NCBI GenBank assembly: GCA_030141605.1
Contig: JAQGDQ010000003.1
Location: 2,542,001-2,606,000, forward strand
Length of the DNA stretch: 64,000 bases
DNA from: Tubiluchus corallicola
Lineage: Eukaryota; Animalia; Priapulida
Direction of reading: 5' to 3'
Below, one piece after another: positions 17,985 through 32,356 of the stretch. The notes beneath the pieces are model-generated. The model was not told where the DNA came from. It searched no databases and was given only the letters and a program-made list of their open reading frames with translations. The position numbers and the translations under genes were made by a program. Each line of letters starts with the position of its first letter. Position 1 is the first letter of the stretch.

Positions 17985-20900
17985 CACCTTTCTGTTCATT
18001 TCTTATCTACAAAACAAACACTCGAATGATCATAGTAGTAGTGGTCATATGGTAAACATCAATATTGACATGGCCGAGCTCATCAAAGGCCAGGACGTGG
18101 CTAATTTTTTACAGCGCAATGTTATCAATATGCTATACAGACCGCATCATTAGTGAGATGAACATGGCCAACGAAACTGACATCGTAGAAGCCATCATTA
18201 AACTTTTATGAATTCTGGGTTCAAAGATGCAATACTTGAAAGCAATCTGAATAGCGCATTCACTATAGGATCTTAATTATAGATTTACATCACTTATTAT
18301 CACGAGTATCCCTTATGCTTAAACTCGTAATTTTTGAGAATTATGCAAAAATTTGACGTGTGCCGTTAAAACTGAAAATGGCCCATATCCAGTTATTTCA
18401 CTAATCTCTAATTCAATGAGTTATTTTCATGAGCTTGAAAGTTACGCTGCACATTGACTCGCATGTTGCTTTATTTTAACAAAGACGTTATCGTAATCAT
18501 CTCTTCTATCATTTATTTCGATTATATTTCGTTAGCAACGAGCATTTGGTGCATAATTGTGCGAGTTTTTTCAGATAGTCTGTAACTCAATTTCTTTAAT
18601 AACGAAACTGACATCAAATGAAATCCTGTCTTTGATTTAATTTTTGTAAGCACCAAGCGAGCTCATCTTGTGAAAAACCTGCGCTATAGAAAAGGTCACT
18701 AATTTGAAGCAGGATCGATCTGCTTGCACTTTCAGAAAAGGGACAAAATGCTGTCTCGTCATTAACTCATTAAATCACTAATGGTTGTTAATTAGCATAA
18801 TTGTTAATTATTTACACGATGAAATATCTTACAGCGTTACAGGTTTCGTGCACAGTAAATTTGCTAACATTCTGCGGCATTTTGTCAGAGCGGCGCTCTG
18901 GTGAAGCTAGCAGACGTACACTTTTTAGACAAAACTGTTTTTTATCCGACTCGACACTCTGCGAGGCGGGAAGCACTCAACAGAAGGGCATTCAATAATT
19001 GTGGCAGGACATACGGTAAAAAATTTATGACAGTGAATTTTTGTTGTGCAATTTTCAACGAGAACAATGGCAACATCAAGTCAGAACAAGCTTGTTTATA
19101 GATTATTTTACAAATTGCAAGCGATTAACCAAAAATCGATCACGATTTAAGCAGAAGCAATAGCCTTTTTCAAATATCTCACTAATATTTTAGCAAAGAT
19201 ATTCTGCTTTTTATTGGACACCGTAAATATTTTCTTCTTTTAGTGATAATGCACATTCATTGCATGTTCTTCATGTGAATCTCATTTTACGCTGTCTGTC
19301 AGGCACAATCATGTTAACAACCTTGTGATGCCGTCAAAAAGAACTTCATTATTTTTCGTAAGACAGAGCAGGATAAAAAAGTGAGAGAAAAACTGAAGAC
19401 ATGTAATGCATAAGATACAAAGAAAAAAGAAGAAAAAATCTCAGCATGGAAACAAGGAGAGAAGGAAGAATAAGAGACAAACAGAGAAACACAGAGACGG
19501 ATAAAAAGTGAGGAGGCAGTTTGAACCACCGTTTTATTTGGCAGATGAGTAACGCTTTTCTTCAGTAACACATAATTTTATAAAATGTCAAGACTGAATT
19601 GACTAACCGCAGCTGACGAATAACCACTAGGTAGGTAATATATGTAGCTATATTATTAAAAAGACCGCCTGTAATGCTCAATGGGCTACGTCAATCTCTT
19701 GTGGTCAACAAGTTGCGTTTAATTTACGCACCTTGCTAGCGCTTTCGGTAACAATCTTACCTCTGAACAAATCCTGTTCAAGTAATTTGCCGTTTGTTCT
19801 ACAGCTTGGCGAAATTTTTACATTATAAATGAATTTCATTTCTGTCAGCGTAGATTAGTTTTCAGAAATTTACTGACAATAAAGTGAAGCCAAGCGTTCA
19901 GTAAAACTGAGTTTATCTAAGTGATATTACTGCAGGTTGCCATGAGTTGAAACACAGTTGATGAAAATGCTGTTTCACTATGTTGAGGGAAGCAATAATT
20001 ACAAATTCTAGAGAAAGGTGGTCAAATAGGTTTTTTATATGATTTCTGCTGATATTTTGTCATCAATGTTCTATTTCTTTCTACTGAAAAGGAAAACGAC
20101 TTCTGAGTCAGTCATTAATGTTCGTGTGTATGGCTTCATTATAATATTCTCTTACGCCGCTAAAGGTGCTTACAATTATTTTGTGCTTTCAGGCAGCTAT
20201 TAGGCAATGACTGTGTTGAGAGCTTGAGACATGCACATTGCATCAATACACAATTCATCAGATCCTGTAACATGACAAATTGTAATATCACATATAGCCT
20301 GTGGCAAGCTTTTTATTTATTTCAGATTGCTGAAAATGGCTGGCAGCTATATGGGATGATTTCTTTTCACAGTTATAAACAAAAACGCCTACGCTAATAC
20401 GCTTACAACGAAAATGCCCAGGCGTTGGCAGCTACTAATCTCGACATCGAGACTGCGTAGTTGCATACCGAAGTAAATCACTCGGCTACCCAACCCAACT
20501 ATAACGATATTTAAGAAGAACACCAGTAGCAGCAACAACGTCAGCTACAGCAACAGTAATGCTGTTATGGTGACAAAAGTGAAGCTGCGCCACCTATCCC
20601 TACTCCAACGTTCTCAACAATTGAAAACATTGATAAACATACAAGACGCGCAAATTCTAAGGGGTTAAAAATTTCTAGCCGCGGTAATGAAAAATAAAAC
20701 ATAATTACTATTAATAAGCATTAAGCATATGGTACATCTCAGTATAAAAATGTGTTATAATGACACAATGAAATATGGTAATAATACAATCGTAATGGTA
20801 GTGGCGATGACATTCATAACAATGATGATGGCAACTGAGACGCTGTTACAGCATGCCGACAGATCAGGCTTTTGCTTTCTACGCAAGATTTCAAGAAAAT

Positions 20901-23900
20901 CTTTCTCCTGAATTCAGTGGAAACGTAATCCATGAGGTCGATCATTTAGCTCTTTGCCCAGTCGCCCGTTTGCTAAAGGTAAACATCTTCGTCTCCGCTC
21001 GACCTTTCGATTAAGTAATATGAAGGCACTAAAGACGTTTTTGATCTACCCTTGTTAGTTTCTCAGACGGCAAGAGCCGCTAAAATGATATTTTTTACCA
21101 CCTTTCTTCATGTTATATTCTTCGTGTAGAAATCTTATACTCTAAGTTACCTATTGTAATGAGATGTAACAGATTTTATTACAAATAAAGTTTTCAGTGG
21201 TTTTCAAATAAGCTAATCTATTGTTTAATGACTGTTTGGATTTCGTAAAAATATTTTGTAATAACTAAATATTCTAGTCCTACACGTTTCACTGATTATA
21301 AACTCAGTTAATAGCTACTTGTTACATGTTGTATCATAGATCTGTTAACTAAGCGATAGATGTGTTGAAAGAAACCCAGCCTCGATAGGAAGTAACACAT
21401 CAGTGGTTATTGTTGAGAAAGTACTGTGATGTTTTATTGGAGCATTATTGTTTCAGACTGATAGAAACAGTTACAATATTTTTAAACATTAACTGTTGAG
21501 TTAGTAGTTTTAATACAACTAAGCCATTTAAGTATTATTCAACATGGCGCACTATATGATCGACAATTAAGCCCTATGGCTTCAAGAAGCTCTGTCACCG
21601 ATAATCAGTACGGTTAACGTACGCTGGCAGTCAGATTAGCTTCCCCAAGAAATGCAAATATGGGGTCATTTCCGCTATAATCCACGCTACGCTTTTAATA
21701 GAATCTATTTATAACTCATGACTGGACTTCGATCGAGGTAAATGCATTTTCTGTGATGGCAGTATAGTGCTCAATCCGTCAGCTTTGATTAGTACTCATA
21801 TAATCAGCAGCAAATCGCAGTGACTTAGCAGTCAACTTGCGGCGCATTGTGGACATCTAATTGGAATATACATGTATTTATACTCACGGCTGAGAGGCTG
21901 TCAGCTTCTACAAAATTACCATAATCTTCATTCGCCTTGCGTTTTCTAACGTTAGCAATGACTTTAATGTCACATCCAGATGGCAATGATCTACCTACTG
22001 CAGACAAAACTCGGAACAACAAGAAACAGTAATGATGAACAGCGAAGCCATATGCCTGCCAAGGCATATTCAAGCTGCATTACAGGATATAGGAAAAATA
22101 GGGGAGAGCAGTATTTCTTAACTGAGATGTTTGGTATTAACACGCTTAAAATTAAAAGTAGAAAACGAAAATCAGAAGATAGCAATAATAAAACTATTTC
22201 TCTTGAAAAAATGACGACTTTTTCGGCAATTATAAAGCAAAGCTATCGAGCGAAATCGCATTACGATATCATTCGTGATTTATGGGTTAATATAATTCAT
22301 TTTGTCTGAGGAACTTATTTCGTTTTGAACAATCTCAAACTGTCGCTCAGGCGAAAAATTACATGCAGATGTCTGCATTAATTTATTCAAGTTCTTCAAG
22401 ATAACAGGCATACACACGTACAGAAATAAAAGGTAGGGCGGTAAGACGTTTAGTGATTGTATATGATTAGACCAATAATTTACAGAATACAAGTTGGAGT
22501 AGGAACATCCGACAAAATGAACTTGCACTGCTTCAGACAGGTGATTTTAGGAATGATTTGGGCTTGAAATGTTGCTTCAATATTTTCTTTTTTCGTTTTT
22601 TTTCTGGCATTTCTCTGGGTACACAAATACTTTTAAAAACACAGACCTGGTAATCTACAAATTGTGAATTAACAACCATTTGAGTGTCAGATTTAAACTT
22701 CACGTTACTTCAATGTAAAATTTACAACAACACCAATATTATATTATAATGCATTAAATGAAATTGTAATTTCACAAACCAATGAACGCACTAAGTTTCA
22801 GATTCGCAGACTTGACAGACGCTTACAGATAAATACTTAAAACAGATCTTGCCTGTATACAGAAGACTATTTTAACCACTTGGAAATGACCAATAAATCA
22901 TTCTTGGAAAAAAACTAGCAATGGCCAATAAGGGCTAAAGACGTAACAATGTAATCACCTTTCATAAACAATAACAAGTAGTAATTGATCATGCATTTGC
23001 ATGTTTAGCCTTGAGCTTGACCTAAATCATTTGGGGGTTTAACAATCAAGCTTCTGTCTGATAAAGGTTAGCAAGACACAACATCTTTAGAACTTACGTG
23101 AGACACGCACATGGTACATTCATAATGCATACCAAGTTGATCTTGCTTCCTTAAATTGTTTTCTGGTCTTACTAAAATCAGAAAATTCAGCAAGAACATT
23201 TTTCACTGAAGATAAAGGTTAAGATACTAGTCAACCATACGAGACGTTAACTTAACGTCAGTGTAGAGATCTACTGAAATTGCCCAATAAAGGCTGAGAA
23301 AGGTACGAATGTCTTTTCCCACGCAGTATCACAAAGGTACAGAGCGTCGTCCGAATAGACACACAATCTCGAAATTACGACTAATGGCAAATTAAAATGT
23401 AACATAAAGTTTATTTAATGTTGAAAGCCTTCAATTATTACTAATGGGTATGTTTATTATTTAACCTGTTTACCATCCATTGGGGCTTCTATATATAGGA
23501 AAGTGTCTATTAATTTCTCAGTGGTATAAAGTTAATCATTTATGGAAGGCAGTGGCAAGTAGATCTTGGGCAGAATGTTGCGATAATCAATTTGTCAAGT
23601 ATAGCTTATAAATATTAAATTATTCAGTAAGGTCAAATTATCAGACGGTATTGCATCCATTAATTTTCACCACTCCATAATTTATATGGACGAATTGGTA
23701 CAAATTATGTTTCGTACTAGGCAATCAAATCTTTTATCTTTTTAAATATGTACTTCTATTGGTTTTTATGCCTCTGTGTATTGTGTTTTTTAATTATCTG
23801 TCTTGTGTGTTTATGTCTTGTGGCTGTGTGTGTGTGTGTATGTATGTAAACACTTTAGTAGTTTCTATTGTAATTTTGTAGTATGGCTTGAGTAATTTTT

Positions 23901-26204
23901 TGTATAACGCCATGTACTTTTAAATGTATGGTATAAATTTAAAATAATAAAAAAATAGAAGAGGTAATTTAGATATACGAGCCGGCTTAGTGTCTCATCT
24001 TACGGGATTACCTTTGGCACTGATCCCGGTCTTACCACACTTAGCCACAATTGGTGTCCTTGCACAGTGTCAAACTGTGCAAAAAATAGAATAAAATAAA
24101 GCTCTAGTTGATATACCACAGATGCACGGAACAAAATAGCGTCTATTAAATTTCTCAACTGACACAGTCTAATAATTACAGATCACATAAGTTGATATGC
24201 ACGTTTCTGCTATGCAATTCAAATTTCGACGGAATACAAGTGGTGTCTTTTTCAATAGCAATGCCACAGTTACTCGACATTAATTATGTAACAATAACCT
24301 GTAAAAGCCTGTTATTATGTATTATTCTTCTTATTATTATTATGTTATTATTATTATGTCACAATAACCTGTAGTAGACTGCAAGCTACTGCAGTAGTAC
24401 ACTGCAAGTTATTCCATTCGGAAAACAGGACCCAATTTCAAATCATAACTGAGAACAATGTACCCTATAAAATAATTAACCTAGTGGGGAATATAAATAT
24501 CTCAATTTATAAATATGGAAAGGGAACGTACTATTTTTACAAGAATGAGTTAACGTGGAAAAATTACTGCTATCGAAACATAATTTTGAGTTCACGCAAC
24601 TAGTTCTTCGCTGTTACATTCGTTTCGCCATTTGCTAGTTAGATGGGCGCTAGCGTCTGCATCTCGGAGACACGTTCGAGAGCTCATGCATGATCACAGC
24701 GGTCAATTTTAACTTTGAATTTTAAACTTAAAATTTGTCAAGTTTTTGTATAGCAACTGAATGTGGACATTAACACTGAATTTCAATATTCCCTTTCGCA
24801 AACACGTGCAACACGCTCATGAAATGTTTGTGTTATTGAAAGTTATGTCAGTTGTGATGTCATCATTAACTGAGCTCCACTGCCGCTAAATAAGTTTTTA
24901 ACCTATTATTTCATTAACAGATGCTTTTGCATTATACTGGGTGCTAAAATGTATACTTTTTACCATTTCTTCTTCCAAATGGACTAGTATGTAAAAAATC
25001 AGCTTGTTTTCCTTTAACGTCGTCACACAATGCTTTACCGAAACAATTTTCTGTCAGCTTACACTCATAGACGAATAGGTGGGATACATCAAACAGAAGT
25101 AACAGAACTATAGATACTCAAGGCTATACGCTTGCTAGGGGTTATAACAGGTTATACATATTATTGCTCGAAATTGCCGTGCTATAAAGTACACAGAGCT
25201 TCACACACCAATGGATTTTATTTTACTCTCCCGGAAAACAAACCATTATGTTATTAGTTACCGATTTAACAACGCCCTGAAGTATAGGTCCACACAATAG
25301 TGCCTCATCATCACACTATTCAATAGTTTCTACGAAACCTGGTAATTTGATAAACTGCGCAGTTAACGATGGCAGTAAGCAACAAGCTTGGGAAAGCCGT
25401 AAAAATATTTTTGTAATCTGACTTTAGTACTTACATTTTAAACCTAAGAATTAGTAAATTGTTTAAATGAGTTAAGTAAGTACAAATATATGCTTGACAG
25501 CTATATTTATAAAATTTCATGGGCGTTCATGCGTTACGCATATTACAGGAACGAGGAATCGGATTTATTTCTTGATAAGAAGGCAGCATTGAAGCCTTGC
25601 ACTAAGCAAAAAATTCCACTGGCCTTTTTGCAAATCGCGTTAGCAGAAATAATGCAAAAATCTAGTTGTTTTTACAGGATTGGGTGCTCTTACAAGATTA
25701 AAGAGAAAACTTGCTAGACACTCACTCACTATTGACCGTAAATAATGCCTGTGAATGGGTTTGGAACTTTCTTAAATTACACATTTCTAAAAACGTCGTC
25801 CTGTATTCAATTTTTAAAAATATTTTTAGAGATCAGCTGTACTCACTTTTTAAGGTACATTAAGCATATTAAACAACGAACCGCACACCACATGTCATTT
25901 CAAGTTAAAAGTTGAAAACTCCAAGTCAAGATTTTGAGCAGCAACGTGCCTTTAATGATACGAATAGCCTGAAAGTAGTATGGTAGTTGAAATTGCGCAG
26001 AAACGATTTTTCAGACGTCATCTATCCATTTTTCAACTAGGTCCAACATTGGCCAACTTCGATCGCTAAGCACAATGACTTCTCAGAAGAAAATCCCCCT
26101 CCCCCGTGTTTTCCTGCTGCAGAAGAATAATCGCTCTATACAGGCATTAATATTGTATTAACATGTACTGCTTTGTAGTTCTATAAAACGCGATATGCCC
26201 CACT

Positions 26205-26305
26205 TTCCCCTCAGAGTCCTGGCTTGTTCCAAAACTGTTGCTAATCAAATCAGCTGCTGCCGATGAAATTTCGAATAGTTATATGCTGATGATCTTGTTG
26301 CAAAT
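26205..26305 (+). mobile_element. Degraded LINE RT remnant
   Basis: CCT CAG AG TCC TGG CTT GTT CCA AAA CTG (a frameshifted PQ(G)SWLxPKL) followed by TAT GCT GAT GAT CTT GTT (YADDLV) near 26283. Confidence 0.5.
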
Positions 26306-28223
26306 CACATTATACGCGCTATGAACTGCCTGGAAAAACTGATAACGAGCAAATAAATCTGATAAATAAGGAACCAAGTGTTGACAATATTTGCGAAAAC
26401 CAAGCACTGCTCAGCTGCCTAATAAAGACAGACTATAATGTCTAATGCAATAAGCATACAATCCTTTGAATGAAAACTAGTTAATAAGATATTGAGACAT
26501 TGATTCCAGCATTCTTTATTTATGCAAACCCACAATTGCTTTCCTGCATTACAAGATACAGGAAAGTATTTGAATTGCACAGGCAAGGATGGAAATCTGT
26601 AAAGCAAAGCGTATAAAATTTTAATAATGCTCAAGTTAAAATTTACTGAAAGGCAGCATAGAAATGGTGATTTATTTTGATGAGTAAAAGTACAGTTGAA
26701 CAATCTGGCTTTCTACACTATTAAATTGATTATAGTTTCTTCGCCAATTATTATTCTGCAGTAAGTTATAATATTTATTTACAAGTTTATGCGAATTATT
26801 TCAGAAAATTACTGATTCTTCGTTTGACAAAAATATCAATGTATTATTCTTCCTTAGTCTAGTTCCATAGGTACAGAACAGTATAGCTATGTCCTTCTTT
26901 CTATATACGTAGTAATATTTCGATGTAATTTCAAATTACATAGTAAATATATTGAAAAAAACAATATAGCGATGTTGCTCAAATTACTTAGTACGCATAT
27001 CGAAAGAAATGAAGTGGCTGTGTCGCTCAAATTGGGCACAGCATTTATGTTGAAAGAACGACATTGCCGTGGGAGTAGTGTAGGTGGGTTTATTGAGAAC
27101 AAGCATATGATATAGCTGCTAGGCCGCAGGTGGTTGGTGCATATTTGTGGACTCCAAATCATGAATTATTTAATTACACAGGTGATCCAGGTTCATCCGA
27201 TAATAATATCAATATATTAATTTTACTGTGGCTTTTAGTTGAATTTGAGTTGGGTTTCTAGATGTTGTTTAAGGTAAACAGAATTCATGACATATGTGAT
27301 AGTCGGTTTTCATTTTTATTTTACCTTCTACAATTCAGCAATTAAAATGCTTAAATAATTATTAAAGAAGAATTTTTGCAATAACAAAAATTTCAATTAT
27401 TAAAGAGCTGTCATAAAGGCTTTATGATAAATTCGGGCATGTAGACTGTGTATTTTTCACTAAAAGCATTATTTTATCGAAGACTGAAACCTGCTATTTT
27501 GTTAGCGCCAATTCCACGCTCAACCCTCATAGAAATAATAATAACGAACAATTCAGCTGTTGAAAATTGCAGAAACTTAATCTGCTTTTCTTGCTGTTAA
27601 TTTCCTTGTTGAGTACACCTACAGCTAATGGAAGAATTGATATTTATTTGGCATCAAGTAATTACAGCTGCGTATCCATTACGCTGTTTGGAACACGTAA
27701 CGAAAACAGAAAATGGCAAGCGGTACAAATTTGCTCACTTGTTTCAATCGGCATGCCCTTAATAACCATAATGAAAAACTAATAAACATAAAACTAACAA
27801 AAAATGTTTAATTTTCCGCGAGTTGCAGCTTTGCTGTGTAATGCCTTTTTTCTGCAGCTGTTCACCACCCAGCTGCAATCCGTTGTCTTGCTGACAGGTT
27901 CCTCTGGCAGCTGCAGCTTTCAAACCTCACAACATTAAGATAATCCGTTAAGTTGTCCAAATAGAATGTGCAGCTCGGTCATAAAGGTTAGAAAAGCCTG
28001 TTTACTGAGGCAAAGCAAATAACTGTGTGGAGAATTTAAACAGTGTCAAATCCTCTGGCTAAGACAAAACCACCGATCCGGTTCAGGTTAGATGAATTTG
28101 CAATGACAACTTCTTTAACAATTTCCTGCGAGTTTCGTAAAGAATTTCAAGTTAGCGCTAGCGAATTTTGTAAACATTTTTCCATCTTTGTGTCCAGTCT
28201 AGATCAATAGGTTGTTGTATTTT

Positions 28224-28456
28224 CAGGCCCGATGAGAAAGGTGGGCAGGGGGTGCCAGTGCCCCAGAGCCCGGGTGTCTAGTGGCCGGAGAAGATTAATG
28301 ACGCAACCAAGGTTCTATATAAGTAGAACTGCTAAAGCTTTTTTGCTTCATAAAGTTATCTACATGGATTAACCATTTCTGTGTTTAGTTCTGTGTAATG
28401 TTTTGCCACCTGAAGTGGGGCTGCCCCGGGGCTCAAAATGCCTCTTGACAACCCTG
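28224..28456. mobile_element. Non-autonomous hAT-like MITE
   Basis: CAGG...CCTG termini with GC-rich subterminal segments (GGGGGTGCCAGTGCCCC; GGGGCTGCCCCGGGGGC) in an AT-rich background; no clear target-site duplication. Confidence 0.45.
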
Positions 28457-29104
28457 TATGTGTGTGGGATCGCCTACTTTTACGCTTATCCAAGAAAACA
28501 CGGGGCGCGTTTTGTGCTTATGTAATTTGCTCGTGACAGACTTGGTGTGCAGCTTAGAATTTCTGAATTCCACGACTGCATATCAAAACATGTGATTAAT
28601 TTGTGTGAAGAAAAATGTTACTCCGTATTAAGACTTTTTCCGAGAGGTTTCTAGTGTACTGCATTGAATTTAAAGATTTATGTTCTTCTTGCTATTCCCG
28701 ACGCACTTATTTACTGCTTGTTAACCTTACGGCGATGACTTCAGTTCCACTTTTACGCTATAACTAATAACAATTTTCTGCTTTTGGAAATTCATTGAAA
28801 TAAACAGAATAATGCAATGCTACATTGCTAAATTAACAGTGCTAAGTGGATGCCTAACTTCTACTTACACATGGCTGACATGCCTAGCTGCGGTACCTGC
28901 CGTTACTACCGGTTATACCGTTAGACCAACTTACAGTATTAGATCGTATTTTGCAAAGTATTAAATTCGTAATTTAGTCAACGAGACAAGCTGCGGCAAC
29001 GCTACACAGCGGTGATACCTAAGACTATTCTGATGATGATGATGCGTTATTGTCTGAACTACACTATATTACTTGAACAGCGCAAAGAATGATTTCAAAA
29101 TTAC

Positions 29105-29192
29105 TAAAAGTGACTTCAAAAGTACTGAAGTGCAAAAAGTGATTTCAAAGATGCAAAAAGTGATTTGAAAAGTGCAAAAGGTGAAATCAAAA
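29105..29192. repeat. Degenerate 21-bp tandem repeat (TGCAAAAAGTGATTTCAAAGA-like, about 3-4 copies)
   Basis: TGCAAAA starts at 29131, 29152 and 29173. Confidence 0.75.
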
Positions 29193-30282
29193 ATTCACCA
29201 CAAATGTATCAATGCACCAATAACTGTCGTTGTTGTCCACTTTCTCTTATTCCTGTATTGTTATCATCATCGTCATCGTCACCGTTGCTGTCGCCAATAT
29301 TGTCATTCTGTAAATTTAACAGAATTTATGCACAGAAGTAAGCACTTCCCTACAATACTTCACACACGTACGCACAAGAGCATTTCAGCATATGAATATG
29401 GGGAACAAACGCAACGGCAACAGCAACGCCGGAAACTGAGTGACTATGGTGGCCAAGGTACAGAGACAAGTGCTACAAAGGCATGGCTGTAGTTGCAATA
29501 CCATCGGTAATGGCAACGGGAATGGTAGACGGTGACAACAACGTCTATAAAAATTACCCAGCCCATACAGAATGGGAGACATAAAGTAACATCATAAATG
29601 TTATGCTGAACGCATGGATAAACGAGAAGACACAGGGTTTTAGCTTGGATGTATGAACAACAACACAACACAGTTAATAAAGACCGCCTACAAAGAGTCT
29701 TTGCTGGCTAGTGTTAATGAAGTATCAGGATGAAATGTTGTTGCTGTTTATTCAGGTTCAGCTATATTTGATACAGAATATCATAATGTTTACCTACACT
29801 TTTAATGTGGTGGCTGCATCAGCTGCCTCATATATTATATATAGATGAGACAATATTATATATGAGCCGATATTTACCATAACTGTAGATAGCAACAGGA
29901 CACCTGTTAAAGCTGAAAAGCTTTCTTTTATCTATCAAAGAATGATAGATCATATCTAATATGAGCGATAGAAATGATAGAGTCATATCTAACATATGAC
30001 ATCACGTGTTTTACGCAATATTATGCCATAGAGCAGGAGTTTACAGTAGGAGTGGCGCCAGCTAAAATAAAATTTTATTAAATTGATAGATGCCCCTCGT
30101 TGAATCTGTTTGGGGTAAAAATGCTCGCGAGCTAAAGCATTACTATCTGCTATGTGACTTGGGCATCTTGAGTAAAATTAAATACTTTTGAAGCCAGAAC
30201 AAGTAATTTGTCCGAATAGCACAGTGGTAGCAGTTTTGCCGAAATTTCCAGCGTCTAAAAATCTCACACTTGAAAAACTTTC

Positions 30283-32356
30283 TAAGAAGTCTCCGAAGGG
30301 CAACGTTGAGAAAAATTATGAACTCGTGGCCACGAATTACTAATCCGTGCGCACCAAATACTAAATCAGCTACTGTAGCAGTTGTTATTCAAGATTAACG
30401 AATGACAACTGCTGTAAGTAGCAACTTTATAAAAAGTTGAGTTTAACTAGACAGTGAGACTAACCAGAGTGCAGGACGCTCGTGACTAATTAATATCACT
30501 TGCCTATCCAGAGTCCAATGTTGTCTACCCTGCTACCCCCTGTTAAAACTTTGCCCTGTTTTCACATTTTGGCTTCTAGCTGGTCGTTAAACAATTTGAG
30601 CTGAGGCCTACACCAGGTTTCTGACATGCAAATTTCATGATTCTATGTATTATAGTTTGAGTTACGCAGTGTTAATGCTTTTCGTCGCTATGTGGGAGCC
30701 TTAAGGAATCCCAACTTTTTTTAAAGTCAAAGTATACACCTACCCGAAAAAAATGAATTTAACTCAAAGCCCTGGAGAAGTTGAATGACAAATGAAAAAG
30801 TGTGTCCAGTGTGCAAGGCCCTTTGGCCCAGGCCACTATTCAAGGCCCTTACCACAAGGCCTAAGTCGAAAGTTTCGTGACTCTATGGTTACTACAGTTT
30901 TAGAGTGGTTGTTAAATGTTATTACTCGAACTGTCCGGACTGTCCTGGATGCCCTTGATACTTTGAGCGAAATTACTGTACAGAATAAAACCCTAATTTT
31001 CACATTGGCTCCTGTTTCAGACCCTTAAAAATCCCAGTCTTTTAAAACCCCAGCTACACCACACGTTTTGGCGAAAAATCTAGTAAACCCTTTTTTGGGT
31101 AATCAAAGTGATCGTGATGAAGCAGACGGCGACGATGATGGTGATTCGCCGTGATTATGACTTAGATGAACGACAGCTTAATCAACAATTCATTTCAATG
31201 ACATTTTAAACTTAGCTACATCACAGTTAAAATGGTGATGCATAAGCGCCAAAGTTTGATCTGTGGCCGAATCAAACGCAACAAACATTTTTATAATTTT
31301 ACTTTAATAGTATTACAATAAATCCAGAATTTTTATAAATCCTCTATTTGCATTTCGTTACTTTTCGAAAAGGTTGCCTTAGACAGAAATAAGTGAACTT
31401 CCCTTCATGGCTTTTAGGGCCTAACAAACGAGAGATCAAACAAGCAAGCAAACAAATGCCCATAATGTAGGAATGAATGAATAATAGATTAAGCATTTGT
31501 TTAACCACAGTTTTTTAATTATGCTCTGAGTACTCCTTTTAGAATATTCAAGTGAATTAGGCCAAGAAAGCAAAAGATAACGAGGTTTTTATCCAAAAAA
31601 TCAACGTCGAAATAGCCATCATCTCTTATTTTGCTAAATCTCGACGCAAAAATGTTGAAAATCACAAGTAACGTAGTTTTCTGTCCCTTTACCTGCCCTA
31701 ACAATAGTTGGACAACCTTCAAGTTCACTTACTGCTTCCATATAATAACACGTAGGTCACTGCTGGCATTGTAAGCTTTCACTCAGATAATTTTTCTGGA
31801 AAACCATCTATACATCCATTTATACAAATGCCGTACAGCTTTAATTTGTCATACGAGTCCATATGCCACATGTAATTGGGACGTTCATTAAAATAGCTGC
31901 GTCTCTTCAACCGCTTTGATTGTCGACTTTCGGGGCGTTTTCTGGTCAAGCATTTTCAGAAGAATCCGAAAGTCCTCTTTCTTCACGTTTAACCCGTTTT
32001 CAGTACATTTTTGGTACATCCATCTAAATCTGTTCAATAAGCCTGATCTTAAAAGCTGGTCTCTCACAAACAAAATAACCTTGTGCAAGTTCATGTAATT
32101 TTTATGCCGTACAACCCCATTTGTCTTTAAAAATCTTTTGAGATTCCTTGAACTTACTACAATTCCACGATGTCTACTTAAAGTAAAACAATATCCTTGT
32201 TGAAAAGTCCCAGATTAAAATGAAACTTGATTAGTTCGCTTCTTTCTGCCATAACGCCGTTTCAGTAATTACGTGATGTAATTCCATGCACATGATGTAA
32301 TAATTCGTGGCCTCGAATTAATAATTTTTCTCAACGTGGCCCTTCGGGGCTCCATA
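30283..32356 (-). mobile_element. Decayed IS3EU-type DNA transposon (about 2.1 kb, internally deleted)
   Basis: About 55-bp imperfect terminal inverted repeats: CCGAAGGGCAACGTTGAGAAAAATTAT...TCGTGGCCACGAATTA on the left and TAATTCGTGGCCTCGAATTAATAATTTTTCTCAACGTGGCCCTTCGGGGCTCCATA on the right. The right end reads TAT... on the minus strand, fitting TAY..RTA termini. The repeats enclose an IS3-like transposase remnant. Confidence 0.75.
31730..32252 (-). pseudogene. IS3EU transposase pseudogene (N-terminal region plus start of the integrase core)
   Basis: Read across frameshifts: MAERSELIKFHFNLG... / FVRDQLLRSGLLNRFRWMYQKCTENGLNVKKEDFRILLKMLD / RLKRRSYFNERPNYMWHMDSYDKLKLYGICINGCIDGF. This matches the RRxYxxxxPNxxWHxDxxDKLxxxGxxIxGxIDGxSR integrase-core pattern. 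Confidence 0.8.

Noticed and set aside
30792-31028. ORF with a CxxC motif inside the IS3EU element
   Set aside because: Short, no complete zinc-finger pattern, and it sits in repeat-derived sequence.
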